In this document: piece after piece, positions 12,372 to 23,928 of the stretch
Position numbering within the stretch: the first letter of the stretch is position 1
How the letters are laid out: each line of letters begins with the position of its first letter
Made by a program: the position numbers and the translations under genes
The notes under the pieces: generated by a model
The model's database searches: none
Told to the model about the DNA's origin: nothing
What the model saw: only the letters and a program-made list of their open reading frames with translations
Source of the DNA: Anthoceros angustus
Lineage: Eukaryota; Plantae; Anthocerotophyta
Direction: 5' to 3'
Assembly: GCA_010909165.1 (NCBI GenBank)
Contig: MU008197.1
Coordinates: 486,602 to 550,601 of the forward strand
Length of the DNA: 64,000 nt

Positions 12372-13808
12372 CTCCCACTCACTATGAATGTAGAGGTGAA
12401 AATTAGCTACATAATGAGTTTATATATGCTAATAAACTCCCACTAGAACAGAAGTTACTAGCCTAAGAAAAATAGCCTAAGTTTGATGTTTAATAAAAAC
12501 CGAATCAAAAGGAAAATTAATTGTTAATTAATTTGAACAGAAATGAAAAAGAAAATGAATGCCTTAAAAGACAAACATGATGCCCCAACCCAAATATGCA
12601 CGTTAAAATCGTGGAGGGTACGGGGGTAAGTAGAAATAAAAGCATTAAATAAATGCCCCCTAACACCTCCACGCGTTCGAATCGAAGGGGTACCGTGGCT
12701 AAGCAGGTATCTTCTTCTTCAAAACACGGGCCAAAAATAAAAAGGAGCTCACCTGCAGTGGCATCCATCGATTAGGCGCAGCGTGGTAGCAGCCAGGTGG
12801 CCGCGATGCGGCAGCTGCGACATGCGGTCGCGCCAGCGCGCGCGTGCTCGGCCTCATGCGTGAAGTTCGCCACGCGCTCACGGGCAACGCGGCTGCGCGC
12901 CCATGAAAAACGCACCATGGGGAGTGCTGCGCATCATGGTGGTGGCATGGACTGGGCGCACGCCCGTGGGCGCCCTCTCTGGCGCTCGGATGAGGCGATT
13001 AATGGAAATTTCCATGTTGATGATTTCAGGCGGATGTTGAATGGGCGGTTGATGAAGAGCCAAGTCGGTGATCCAATAGATCTTTGGTGAGGAGGCGCCC
13101 TTGCATGGTACTTCCCAATGAAAGCGTGTGGCCTCCCTTTCAGTCTGCAGTCTGGGTGAAGACCTCCTTTCAAGGTCGAAACAAGCACTCACATCTTGTC
13201 GCCGTGTGAGGAAGTACCTCATATGTGCCGGAAGGTTGGATAGAGATGCCGATCCGGTGCCGTGTCTCAATCTGGTGTCGACTCCAAAATTGGCTTCTCC
13301 ATATCACCATAGTCGTCTTCAGAGCAGGGATTGTCAAGGCCCCTTCAACAAGACGTCTATTGGTGAAGGAGAGGGAGAAGGACCAGTGCCTGAGCTTGTG
13401 GTCCTGACGGACTCCACCACCTGGGTCCAATCCAGATTTCACACATCTGCATATGCTAAAGAGCCGGATGTTGAAGATCTTATAAGATTCCAGTAAGATG
13501 GGTGTAGAAGGACCTTGTTGTGAAGGCTTGCGTTGAGAGGAGGAGGCACCATCTTGTGAACCTATAAGGGTGATTGTAACTGAGGTAGGTATATACCAAC
13601 TATTGAAATAAATTGTGATTTTTGCATTTATTTGGAGATAAATGTGAAAAGGAAAAAAAAATGGAAAATGAAAAGGAAGAAAATGAAAAGGTAGACACTT
13701 TTGTTAAACTAAATGTTCTAACTTATTTTCTCTTGCTAAAATTGCCCATTTTAGGTTTCTTTTGAGAGAAAACATAGAATAGGAAACATAGGAGGAAACG
13801 GCATATAT

Positions 13809-14052
13809 CCCAAGGGTGATGATGAAGCTCATCTATATAATCACTAATAAGAGAGGAGAATTTGGGTGATTTACTTGGAGTTATGTTATCAGAATCCAGA
13901 TACTGAGAATAACTTATGGCGATTGTGAAGAATTTCCCAAGGGTGATGATGAAGCTCATCTATATAATCACTAATAAGAGAGGGAATTTGGGCATTTACG
14001 CCTTGGAGTTATGTTTGCGGAATCCACATCTGAGAATAACTTATGGCGATTG
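13809..14052. repeat. 127-bp tandem duplication in the 3' internal region of Copia 1
   Basis: CCCAAGGGTGATGATGAAGCTCATCTATATAATCACTAATAAGAGAG occurs at 13809 and 13936. Confidence 0.9.
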
Positions 14053-17000
14053 CATGGCGTTCCGGGCATATGATTCCATGTCTGAGTATTTTTCTGAGGC
14101 TAAGAAAATGAAAATTAATTTTAATTAAATATTATTTTAATATTTTAATATTATTTTCTAGAGCACCTCAACTATGGGGTGAAAGATTATTATGAATATG
14201 TTAGTAGAGGATGAGAATGGAGAACTTAGGTAAAGTAGATGAACTAGGAGATGATTTGGGCAGTGTATCCAATATACCTAAACATTTCATGTGTTTCTGT
14301 GAGTTCAATGCCTAATGACTTTGTTAATAAATCGGTGTTATCTAAAGTTTGAACATAACTAATATCTATAGTTTTATCCTCTATTTTCTCTACGATGTAA
14401 TGATATTCGACAATATGTTTAGTTCTAGAGTGGAAGAGCGGGGTTCCTTGACAAGGCTATAGCTCACGACTATCACTCAACAACAAGGTGGGCTTTTCAC
14501 CTTGTGATGAAGTTCACTCAAGGTTAGCCTAGTCCATACTATGTCTTTTAGAGGTTAGTACTCTATACTCGACTCGTCTTTGGACAAGGCTATGGTTGGT
14601 TGTTTCTTACTTGACGGGATATTGGTGCTCCCCAATAGCGATCATAACGATCGGATCTGCGTGTGTCGTCACCGGCATAGTCGGCGTCGGTAATGTATGT
14701 CAGCGTCTTTATGCAGTGTATACTTGAATGTCAATCATGTGTGCATAGTACCCTTGAGGTATCTGAATATGTGCTTCGTTGACATCCAATGTTCACGTCC
14801 TGGGTTCTCCAGGAATTGTGAGCGGTGACTTGAAGATATATCTGGTCGAGTGAAGTTGGATAAATATATAAGTGTGCCAACAGCATGTCGATATGGAACT
14901 GCTGACATTTCCAACTTGTCTTTGTGCTATCTTTGGACTCATATCCATGGTAAGCCTGGCGGCTAGCAAAGGTGTAGGCGGTTTATCTTCAAGTCAAACT
15001 TGGTTAAACTCTCTTTAATGTACTTGGTTTGAACAATACTCAGTCTTGTTTGCTCGATCTCTAATAATGTTGACACCAAGTGCATATGTCATTTCTCCTA
15101 AATCAGACATTTCATAAAAAGTCTTGAGCCAGCTTTTGATCTCGGCTAGGAGAGTAAGGGAGTTTGTGGCCATGAATACGTCGTCGACGTAGAGCAATAG
15201 GTAAAAGATATCATTGCCTGATATTAGGATATACATGCATGCATCGGCATCACTTTGCCGGAAGCCTCTTTTGATGAGTTTCACATGTATGTCCATATTC
15301 CAATTTTTACCAGATTGCTTGAGACCATACAAGCCTTTAATTAGTCTGCATACCCAATCTTCCTTGCCTTTAACCTCATAACCTTGATGTTTCATGTAGA
15401 TTTCTTCTTGAAGGCGGCCATAGAGATATCTTGTCTTCACATCCATCATATGAGCTCAAGATCATGATGCATTAAGGCGAAGATTATTCTAAGGAAGCAA
15501 ACTTTGCTCTTTGGGCGAATGTGGCCCATGGGAGGTAATCTAAACCCGGTCTGGGTGAATCCCACAGCCACAAGGCGTGCTTTGTATCTCTCAATGGAAC
15601 CATCTCCTTTTCTCTTAATTTTGAATACCCATTTGCTGGTGACTATCTTCCTACCCTTAGGTGGCTTAACCAATTCCATGTAGAGTTACTAATGAGAGAG
15701 TTATATTAGAATCTGACTACCTTCCATAAGTCTTTTTCGAGAAGAAAGCTTGTTTTAAGGTAAGAGGTTCTTACGGATCTATGGTTGCCTTGTATACGAC
15801 TTGTGAGTAAAGTGATACGGGGAATAGGATCATCAAAAAGCTAGATATCCTAAAGGAGGTTCCTTCCATCCTGCGTCAGGATTGCGGGGCCGGGTTCTTA
15901 AGTTGTACCTTTGTGTAGGTTACGGTGCATCTTCCGGCGGAACATCAATAGGATCATGGTGCTCCATGTCATTCACTGGAGGGTCATCATGCTCTTCATC
16001 AAGAGTGTCTGGCTCCTCGACTTGAATGTTGTCGCCATCGGTGGTGTTTCATGTGGAATAGATGCTAACTCCTCCTCCTCCTGCATAATAGGTTCAACAG
16101 GAACACGTAGGCGGGGAATTGGAAATTGAGTGATATCGGTATCATCAAATGAGGAGGTATCGAGGGCTCTTGGAAGGCGTCCTCGGGATGGACCAGCTCC
16201 CTGCTGGGGAAAAGGTAAGACTCATGAAAAGTAACACTCTGGCATATATAAGCTTCCGTGTGGTGGGTTCAAATAGCTTGTAACCTTTGATGCCTTGGTG
16301 TAGCCAATAGATATTTGGCAGCTTTTGGATCTAACTTCTTGCGTTGTACTTTAGGGATAAAGACATGCAGGAGATCCAAAAAGGTGATCTATGGAAGGCT
16401 TGTTGCCGTGAATGCTTCATATGGAGTCATACGAGGCGGAAGTCGGCGGGCGATTCATGAGATAGGTTGTAAGGAGGGCCTCGGCCCAATAAGCTTTTGG
16501 ATAAGTTAGCTTGTGTTAACAGGCAACCTGTGATCTCTTGGAGGCGGAGATTCTTATTTTCTGCTCCGCCATTTTGCTGAGGAGTGTATACCACACTAGG
16601 TTTTGCACATGGCAGGAACATGGAGGACTTGGTGAAGATGAAGAGTTTGACTTGAATCACATCTCAGTACAACAGAACCTAGGCCCGCTATGGGAAGGTT
16701 GTGATCATCGCCCAGGAGAACAGTCGGATATCCTGTGGCTAAGGTGTATGACTCGAAGGAGTCTTTGTTGTAGCAGATATGTGATGTTGCTCCACTGTCC
16801 CGGTACCAATAAGCGGTGGCCGGCTTAGAGGATGCAAGACAAATAGTGAGCACACGTGTTGTTGATGAAGAGTGTTTCTTTGAAGCAACATGAGCTGTAG
16901 GCGGGGCCTCTGATCTAGGTTCCCCATTCTTCTTCTTTCTACAATCCTTTTCCATGTGATTAGGAATTCTGCACCAATTACAAATAATTCCACTCTTTTT

Positions 17001-18125
17001 GTTACCCCTGGAAGGTGTGGAAGAGCTGGATTCGCCATGATATTTGTTTGGTGTGGAATAAGCAGGTCTATTGGAAGGAGAACTTTTGCCGCGTCCTCTG
17101 CCTCTTCAGTACATCACTGTTTTGGACTTGGGCTCATGGCGTCATGGACTCCTCTGAATCATGGCTCCGATGAGTTCTGCAGCGATGTCGAGGTCGCAAA
17201 TGCATGCGAATTCTTTTGGGCTTGTCTAACCCGCGTTACGTGGTGAGAAATGGTGGGAGGTGGGAGGATATCAAGAGAACAAGGAATGCAACAAGTTCGG
17301 AGGCGGAGGTGTTGGTGGCGACTTCATATTGAGATCTAGCTTGGAAAGTGTTGATATGGTGTTCGGGTCGATTCCTTCATCTTGATTGAAGAAGTTGCGC
17401 ATGATCATCATACTCATCACATCTCTTGAAGAATATAAGCGAGCAAGGTGATCCCACATCATTTAGAAGTTTTGCTTGGCGCATTGTCTTACCATGTTAT
17501 TTAGTCCAGCGATCGGAGGTCTTGAGCTTTTTCATCACAGCGTCCCAGTTTCTTTGCTCTCGGAGCCCCATGTGGTGCAGGTGTGGACCCACTTGGCGTC
17601 CCATAGGTCTCGATTGCGGAAAAGTGCACGCATTCGCGGTAAGCGATGCCTTTGCCCATTGAATCTGTCTTTCTCCTTAAAGTTGTCACCATAGTTGTGA
17701 TTCACCACGGAAGGTCGTACTTCATCTTTGGGTGGATCCTTCCTCTCTCTCGTTGTCCGCAACCCGGCCATTGCGGTGGTCACTCTGTGACTTAGAGGCT
17801 GAGCACCTCGCATATCCTCATCATCATGCAGAAATCTGGGCGCAAGGAGCAAGGCAAGGGGAAACCTTTTGTCTTGGGCGTGTTTGTCGGGATGTGATGA
17901 GGAAAGTTGGTGATGAAGACAACTCAGCATGTGGGATCTTATTATCTACCTAGGGCATTGGGTAGGTAGTAGTTAGTAATTCTGATGGTTATAACTACTT
18001 GGTTACTGGCGATTATAACAAATTATAGTTGTATGGCCTAACCTCTAACCATCTCGCCTATTCAAAGTACAAAGCCTATTTATAGGCGAGATGGTTAGGA
18101 GGTTGGGCATACAACTATAATTGTT

Positions 18126-18975
18126 AATGCCAACTCTGAAGACGGCGAGAAGACCCGGAGGTGGAGGCCACGGAGGCGGATGGTGGAGCTTCAAGGCCGG
18201 TGGAGGCAGGCGGCCAAAAGGCGGAGTCCCTTGCGAGTCGAGGAGGCCGGACGGCCAGATCGAGGCAGTCATTACAGGCCAGCTAGGGTGCTCGACTATG
18301 TGAAGAGTCTGAAGCCAGCAGCGCCGCAAGGCGGAGGACCTGGGGAGGAGAGGGCGAGAAGAAGAGGCGGAGGAGGCACGGGACTTGGCCTAAAGCGGCC
18401 GGCGGGAAGAATCAAGCACAGGAGGCTCGGGTGAAGAGGGAGGCGTAGGCCTCTGCCAAGATGGGCAGGATCACCTAAATGGACGACCAAGTGGGCGGCG
18501 AGTAGCCACAACTCAAGGAGGAGAAGGCGTGACAACAAAGCAGGTGTCCAAGTGAGGAGAGAGGGAGGCGGCACTGAGGAGCTAGGGACCTCAGATGCAG
18601 TGCGGACACGGAAGAACAGCCTTGAGAGTTGGAGGCGGAAGGAGACCACAGAGCTATAGCTTTGGGTAGGAGGCGGGCGGAATTCTCAAAGGGAATCGAG
18701 GATCCTGGCCGAGGAGATAAGCGGCTCAGCTCTGTTGGAGGTGGAGGCAAGTCGTGAAGTCGGGAGGCGAGGATATCGCCGAGTTGGAGAGGGACTTGGA
18801 GGAAGCCGGGGGGCGGAGGTGGAGCCTTTGGAAAGGATATGGTGGCCCTCAGCAAGGATGGACGGAGGAGAGAGCTCACGAGGAAGAGCAAAAGTTCTTT
18901 GGTCCGTTTGAAGGCGAAGGAAACGCCGGTCCATGGCCGGCATCAAGGACTCGAGACTTTATGCAGGTGACCTAA
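18126..18975 (+). pseudogene. Probable 3' continuation of the accessory ORF (Glu/Arg/Ala-rich, coiled-coil-like)
   Basis: Purine-rich GAG/AGG codon bias matching 11900-12070 resumes immediately after the LTR fragments, with fragments such as EDIAELERDLEEAGG. Confidence 0.45.
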
Positions 18976-19028
18976 ACGAGCTTATTGACCAGAACTCGAC
19001 ACGCCTACCCTACTGAAATGGGCACCCA

Positions 19029-19270
19029 TGTTACAATTATGTTAAGATTTGGACCCCACGGATGTAACACTCATGTTGCAATTTTGGGGTCATGTAACAC
19101 TTTGGGCCCCTTGTTACACTTTGGCTTGGAAACCATACCACGGCTGTTGTTGCAATCATGTTGCAATGGTGTTGCAATTATGTTAAGATGAAGTGAGAGG
19201 TGGTTTGCCCTCTCTCAAAATTGCAACATGATTGCAACATCTAAAGTGTTACAAGAGGTCTTGTAACACT
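19029..19270. repeat. Cluster of short direct and inverted motifs (TGTTACA/TGTAACA, TGTTGCAA/TTGCAACA), possible transposon subterminal region
   Basis: Many copies in both orientations. CAATTATGTTAAGAT occurs twice (~19034 and ~19175). Confidence 0.55.
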
Positions 19271-19899
19271 TTTGGAGGCTTGCGAACCTCCTCCCCATCC
19301 ACCATTGCCCTTTTACTTTTGCCCTTTGAAATACCACGTTTTACTTGGTAGTTACCGTCGCCCTTCAATCGACCATATACAAATACGTATCAATACATCC
19401 TTCTACTATCGCATGTAGTCTCTGATGATAAATGTACTATTATTCTAAGTGCTATCTGGGTATTCAATTTCATATAAAATAAGTTTGTATATTACGTATT
19501 ACATCGTCTTTTATACATATTCATGATACGATACTTTGTATTTACTATACGTGTAAATAGCGGCCCTTTATACCCCTACTTTATAGCATCTTGGCTTGCG
19601 GTTTGTCCTTCCGTCAACAATAGCCATCGGCTTCCGCCATGGCCCAAGAAGATATTGTCCCCACCTATCACCTTATTGTGACGCATCATGAGGTTATGCC
19701 CCTGATTGTCTTTGTGCGGAGGAGATTTGGTATGCGCTTATGCTTTTACGCCTCCATGTAAGGCACTTCCTACTCGTGTGCACCTACGAAACTTCCGCCC
19801 TCCGTTCGATTCGCAATTTTCTTCTTCCCTCCCCACTTGCGTTTGCGAGGCAAGCTTTGCCACTTCCTCCGCTTCCCTCCACACATACACACGCACACA

Positions 19900-21720
19900 A
19901 ACCAGCATGGCCGTCATGAGTTATCCAGCGTTAATGGGTTTCCACCATGTCCATTTGCCTTACCTTCCCCTCGGTCCCTCCTCTTTTCTTACGCCCTTCT
20001 TGCTGGACATTTTCCTCTTCCGTCCTCCTTCTTCCGGTATGCGTACTTGCACCTCCTCCTCTACTCCTCCTCCCGTTTTCCTCTTTCGGCCTCCACCCTT
20101 TATCACAGGTGGCGTTGCCTCAAGAGGCTCCACTATGCAGTCCATGCTCTCGGCATCCGAGGGCTGCAAGGTATGTGTCAGCAGTAGGCACATCGTCCTC
20201 TTGACTGCCTCCTCTGCTGCGTCCATGTTCTCTGGCGTCCCCCGTCTGTCCCCGGCCTCCATCATGCCTGCTGGCCTTCTGATATCAAGCACACGCATGT
20301 TGCCCTCTTAGTCCTCCTTCATTCTCTCTCCCCTCGACATACGCCTCATCGTTCTGGCCTTTTTTGCCCGACCATGGCTGTGGGTGATCCACTCGTCCTC
20401 CGCCACCTCCTCCTAGTCCCCCACGATTTTTGGCTGTCCATAGTGCACACAAGTGTGTTTCTTCTGTGATTCGGTTGCCCCCCCCGTGCTCCACCACCCG
20501 ACTCACGCCTCCACACACCTTGTTCCTGCCCTCCGCCAGCGTCGTCACTCCATCGATCCCAGCGGCCTCCACCCTCCCCATACATGGCCGTCACACGGCG
20601 GTCTCGGGCACCCTCCACCTCTTTTCCATTATTTGCTTGCCACGACCTGACCCTCGTTGCCTCCCTCCATTGACCCCAATCCGGGCATCGGCTTCCAACC
20701 CTAGGCAATCGTGGTGTGGGCACCACAATAAATCCACCACTGTCACTCGGTTCCCCTCCCTGCCTCCCTCCTGCATGCTTCCTCAAAAGCGCCTCGTCTC
20801 CACTTCCCGCTCCTTGTTCATCGTCGCCTTTCCCCATTCAAAGTCCGTTGTCCCTCGCCCCTCGGCCTCCTTCCTCCCAAGCCCCTTCCTGCATTCCTTG
20901 ATAGCCTCTCGTCGTCCATGTCACCACCTGCACCATCGTTGCCTCCCACCCCTTCTTCCGTCGTCTCGGAAAGGCCACCATATCGGATCCATCTTCAATT
21001 CAATGTCGTTAAGCAAAATGGTCATTTCCTTGTTCTCCTTGCAATAGCTTTGAACCTCTAGGATCTTTTCATACACTCCCTATCTTACTTGAAGGAACTC
21101 GGGGCCTGAACCCCCTATAGCCCTTTCCATTTCCACTTTCCCTTTTTTCCTTTCTAGCAAGCCACCGTCCCTCGAAGGTTGCCTCCCTTGTCTCAAGCTT
21201 GAGCACTGCCCGGCATGCGGTGCACATGTGTTACCCGTTTGTCCACCATGCCCACTCATCGGCTGCAAACTTGAGCGACTTTGCGTCACTTGCCGTTAAG
21301 CGAGTGCGAAAACCCACCTCATCCAATAGCTCTTCATCTATTTCCTTCACTTCCGATTACTCCAACTCCGCATCCGGGAGGTTCCACGTCTCAAAGTCGT
21401 CAAAATCAAGTGCAGGTTGGCGACCATGTCGCCTCTTACCTCTCGTGGCCGTCTTGACGAGGCGCTTCTTCCATCGCCGATGTGAATGGAACCGTGGTGC
21501 GGTGGATGGCGAAATAGCCCAGGCCATTTGGCCCCTCATCCTCCCCGGTCTGATGCGTCGGCCGTCCGTGGTGTTCGCGCCTTCATCGTGACTCCCCTAG
21601 CAAGCTTCACATACTCCCCATCCTGCGTGGTTGTCCACCACCTTCGTGCCATCTTTGAAGGCAATGGCTTCCCTCTCAGTGAAAGGTGCGGGCCATGAGT
21701 CCGTGAATTCAAGGCTGCTA
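19900..21720 (-). pseudogene. Degenerate ORF of unknown family (acidic/basic low-complexity)
   Basis: Strong purine skew on the minus strand, with protein-like fragments (LDFDDFETWNLPDAELE; GGGRKRKTGGGVEEEVQV) broken by frameshifts. No recognisable domain. Confidence 0.35.
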
Positions 21721-23001
21721 TTTTGAAAAAGCTTTGTTTGCAAAGGCCCGGTGGTTGTCATTTACTCCTCTTGGCGGGACAGTGTGCACATGCTACTTGC
21801 CCATAATCGAACAATTTTCAACCTTGCGGACTTGGGAGCAAGTTTCATGTCCCATTAGTTCTGTCGTTACTCATGATGTATTATATTGCCCACATGGCGC
21901 TCTCAATCGCCCATTCTGCATTTACCATTAATCATCGTCTTCCAAAGATTGCCTTGTGCATCCGGAGGAGGATAGACTATAAACTGTGCAAACCAATCAC
22001 CATACATGATTTATTCCACTTTCAACGCGTGACTCGAGTGCGCAAGGGTGACTTGTCATGTCGGTCAGCGGTATGGACGGGCACCAAACCATACCCATCC
22101 ATTCCGCCAAGCGGACAAGGCAGTCCGAGTTTTATTGCGTGTGACATGGGAAGTACAAGTAGTGATCAAGGATGAAGGACTTTCCCATCCCAATGTTTAA
22201 TTACGGCATATGTCCCCATTGTGAGGTATAAACCGTCCACTCCTGCACGCCATGCCCCGAGGCCGAGCCAAGGGAGCGGCCCTCCATACCGAGGTCCTTG
22301 ATGGCGGCGAGGGAAACAACCTCCATCCATCATCTCGATGGCCATCGTCATTGACAAGTTGCGGTGCCTTAATGGCCATCGTCGGTTTCCACCACCAACA
22401 ATAATGTGCACACGCCGCAATGATCCACAAGCGAGACCACAGGTCGCGGCGGAAGGTGGCGGTTTTGACTTATGGATTCCACAAACACTTTAACTTTCGC
22501 AGCATGGACTTGTAGGTAGGAGAATAGGGCCAAAAAAGTGTTCACATCCGCGCCTCATGGCGAACCCCTGAATGGGTTTTGCATCCAAAGGCAAAGAGGC
22601 CACATTTAACCCCTATGTCGTATAGTCCTAGGATTCGATCCCAAGGAATGGTTTTGTGTCAAGGTTTGAATCTATGGATTCTAGACCTACCGCTCACTAC
22701 CCACCTTATCAGCTACCTACTACCCCAAACCCACCAGTAGTAGACTCGGCCACCATGATGTGGTTCGACCCATGGCGGGTCCCCTACAATGGCGCCGCTT
22801 TTGTCTATTTGTCCGGCTTCCTCGCAGACCTTGGGGCTATGGACATCAGACACCTATATACACCTCACTTTACTTCTAGGAATTTTGCGATGATTCTTCC
22901 TCCCTCGCATTTCGATTTTCCCTCACACACTCACAATCCCTCACAGCACTCATCTACCCTTTGAGAACCTTTCCCTTCTAATGAACTCTCCCTCGCCTCA
23001 C

Positions 23002-23086
23002 GGGCCACAGACCCCTCCTTGGGCCACAGCCTCCTTGGGCCCTCCTTGGGCCACAGACCCCTCCTTGGGCCACAGACCCCTCTTGG
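23002..23086. repeat. 19-bp minisatellite GGGCCACAGACCCCTCCTT, about 5 units, two of them truncated
   Basis: Contiguous units visible directly, with no spacers. Confidence 0.9.
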
Positions 23087-23928
23087 AATAAAACATGGTG
23101 GCGGTTGGGAAGAGGATCGGGAAAACCCGGTCGGGGCTTGGGCGATTCGCCGATTCCGCCTCGGCCTTCCGGCAATTCTACCTCTTTTTGGCGCCTGCCT
23201 TCCGTCACCCAGGCGTGGGCTTGGCCACTCCGCTCTCGACCATCCATCAGGATCTTCCGGCCTTCTTGTGCAGGCGGTGCATCGAAACGAGTTTGATCTT
23301 GATCGGGCGTCTCCCCAACCGCGCCGCCTTCAACACGGAAGTTCACACGAAATTATGCATTAGGAGACTCTCAAGGGTCTCTTATACATTCGGTTGTGGA
23401 TTTCCTGACTCACTCCTATGTCTAGAAAATATGGCCCCAGCGCTCCTACCAATTCGGGAAACTCTGACTGGGTCCTCAAAACATCCTATCCCTACCCCAA
23501 AAGCCTCGGCCTATGATGTCCCTAAAATCAGCCGCGTCATGATTCTTTGCCTAGCCACTGGCGGTGGGGTTCCGTCGCTCTCGCTCTCTGCGCCTCGATC
23601 AGGCGATTCTCCCCAAAACCTCCACCTCGGCATCACTGCGGTTTCTTGGCGTCTTCCATGGGCGTCGTTCGTCTATAGGCCCTAGGCACATTATTCCGCT
23701 CTCATTGACAGCCACAGTGTGCTCCTCCCTCCACAGCCTCATTTCCTCGATCACCACTTGGGGGTAGGCCCCGCTCCCGTTCGGAAGAACCAGTAGCGTG
23801 GCGTCAAGATGTCGACCAATAGTTTACGCCCCTCTGTCCCAACCACATACACATTTAGGTGAGCTCACCATGCGGCGGGGACATGAGCATCCTCATCCAG
23901 CCGTAGCTGTCGCTCTTGACGGAGGTTC

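Larger units (their letters stand above)
12075..18125 (-). mobile_element. Ty1/Copia LTR retrotransposon 1 (degenerate, integrase core deleted, 5' LTR rearranged)
   Basis: Minus-strand order is gag (~17700-17270), zinc-knuckle remnant (~16960), protease WYRDSGATSHIC (~16800), integrase tail YTPQQNG (~16590), RT (KWVFKIK, YKARLVA, LYGLKQSG, LLLYVDD; 15680-15015) and RNase H (~14700-14260). The 3' LTR is 12075-12371. Confidence 0.93.

Noticed and set aside
22616-23000. Possible LTR starting TGTCGTATAG
   Set aside because: No second copy, PPT or TSD could be identified in the window.
23002-23086. Short repeats as a CRISPR array (also the 33-bp, 39-bp and 155-bp repeats)
   Set aside because: Units are contiguous or degenerate with no unique spacers, there are no cas genes, and the context is eukaryotic.
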